This document shows, piece after piece, positions 62,916 to 64,000 of a stretch of 64,000 nt of DNA; within the stretch, counting starts at the first letter, position 1, and each line of letters opens with the position of its first letter. Source of the stretch: Octopus bimaculoides (Eukaryota). The stretch spans positions 46,037,811-46,101,810 of the forward strand of contig NC_068999.1 in NCBI RefSeq assembly GCF_001194135.2, written 5' to 3'. A program made the translations under genes and the position numbers. The notes under the pieces are model-generated. The model was given only the letters and a program-made list of their open reading frames with translations, searched no databases and was not told where the DNA came from.

Positions 62916-63071
62916 GCACTACTCACCTCACCTGTGCTTGTGCCATGTAAAAAGCACTACTCACCTCACCTGTGCTTGTGTCACATAAAAAGCACTACTC
63001 ACCTCACCTGTGATTGTACCACATAAAAAGCACTACTCACCTCACCTGTGCTTGTGCCACGTAAAAAGCAC
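62916..63071 (+). repeat. 38-bp minisatellite (4 copies plus a partial) at the 5' end of an RTE-tail repeat
   Basis: gcactactcacctcacctgtg recurs at 62916, 62954, 62992 and 63030, partial at 63068. Confidence 0.95.
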
Positions 63072-63237
63072 TCAGTCCACTCTGCTGAGTGGTTGGTGTT
63101 AGGAAGGGCATCCAGCTGTAAAAATCCTGCCTAAACAGTCACAGAAGTCTGGTGCAGGCTTCAGCCTGGCCGGCTCGTGTGGTACCGTCCCACCCATGCT
63201 AGCATGGAATGCAGACATTAAATGATGATGATGATGA
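63060..63237 (+). mobile_element. RTE-tail repeat (family D)
   Basis: gagtggttggtgttaggaagggcatccagctg...cccatgctagcatggaatgcagacattaaatgatgatgatgatg. Confidence 0.9.
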
Positions 63238-63254
63238 GACAGTTTCCTGCTAAT

Positions 63255-63450
63255 ATTATGGGCAGGAAGCTGGCAGAATGTTTAGTGGCATTTCATCCAT
63301 CTTTATGCTCCAAGTTCAAATTCCGCCGAGGTTGACTTTGCCTTTTATCCTTTCAGAGTCAAAGAAATAAGTATCAGTTAAGTTTGGGGTTGATGAAATT
63401 GGTTAGTCTGCTGCCCCCAAAATTGCTGACATTGTGCCATAATTTGAAAA
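63255..63450 (+). mobile_element. SINE family B, older copy
   Basis: ggaagctggcagaatg...aagttcaaattccgccgaggttgactttgccttttatcctttcagagtc. Confidence 0.8.
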
Positions 63451-64000
63451 CAGTAGTCTATGTAATTTTGATAAACTTATAATAATGTAAAAAATTCTAT
63501 TTAGCATTGGTAAATTGCCTCATTTACGAAAAAAAAAAAACTAAAAAACAAAGGACAAACATTTATTGTATAATCTTGTCGGTGTGTATTTCCTCTAATC
63601 ATGTTGAATTCGGCATTCTAATTAAGAAGGCACTTAGAATGAATCATCCGATAATTCATTTAAAAAAAAAAAATCATTTTGCATCTTCAAAGAGATGGCA
63701 CTTGATTTTTGTAATATTGAGACTGACATGTTAATTACCAAAAATTAGATACCAGTTTTGATATTTAAAAAATAGGTTTTTGATGTCTTAGCTTCTTGCA
63801 GACAAGAGTTCTCTGTAATAGGCCAAGAGAGTCTGGCAGTGTGAAGAACTTTGAACAGTTCCAACAATTCACATATTTTTAAATTTGTAAAACCTTTAAA
63901 TGGTACCAATGTGGAAATTTTACCGCCATTATATTTCTGTTGATATTTAAGAGAAACCTAGTCTTTGCTGAGGTCATTTGTATAATTACGTGACCTAAGA

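Noticed and set aside
57582-63071. CRISPR-like appearance of the 24-bp and 38-bp arrays
   Set aside because: The 38-bp array has no spacers, the 24-bp heads are only about 9 bp, both lie within a eukaryotic retroelement tail, and there are no cas genes

Overview
Eukaryotic, AT-rich, repeat-saturated scaffold with about 20 N-gaps and dense (TA)n/(CA)n/(CAT)n microsatellites. The SINE/LINE repertoire looks like an octopus (coleoid cephalopod) genome; this is inferred from recognising the repeat families, not from a database search. Only one convincing host coding exon is visible: 59994-60113 (+), with a good-context ATG at 60018 encoding a signal-peptide-like MLEYYIGHITLLYAVFIVCFFHITLIAADVVV and a phase-0 donor. 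This fits the first coding exon of an RNF13/RNF167 (godzilla)-type endolysosomal PA-TM-RING E3 ligase whose later exons would lie beyond the window. About 37 kb upstream is a CpG-retaining promoter-like region (about 23.2-23.4 kb) with tandem TFEB/MITF-type E-boxes and a YY1-like motif. Downstream of it lie a degenerate tandem array (23.4-27.4 kb) and candidate non-coding 5' exons near 27.9 kb and 37.5 kb. The rest is mobile DNA: three tRNA-derived SINE families, RTE and CR1-like LINE remnants, a Ty3/Gypsy pol remnant, a Merlin (IS1595/ISXO2-like) transposase pseudogene, piggyBac-type and other MITEs, a Helentron-type HINE, a hAT end, Penelope-type hammerhead remnants and several long inverted repeats. 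All long ORFs in the supplied track are artefacts of N-runs and microsatellites. There is no CRISPR array, rRNA or bona fide tRNA. Repeat boundaries are approximate (about 10-20 bp) unless a TSD or TIR is quoted.
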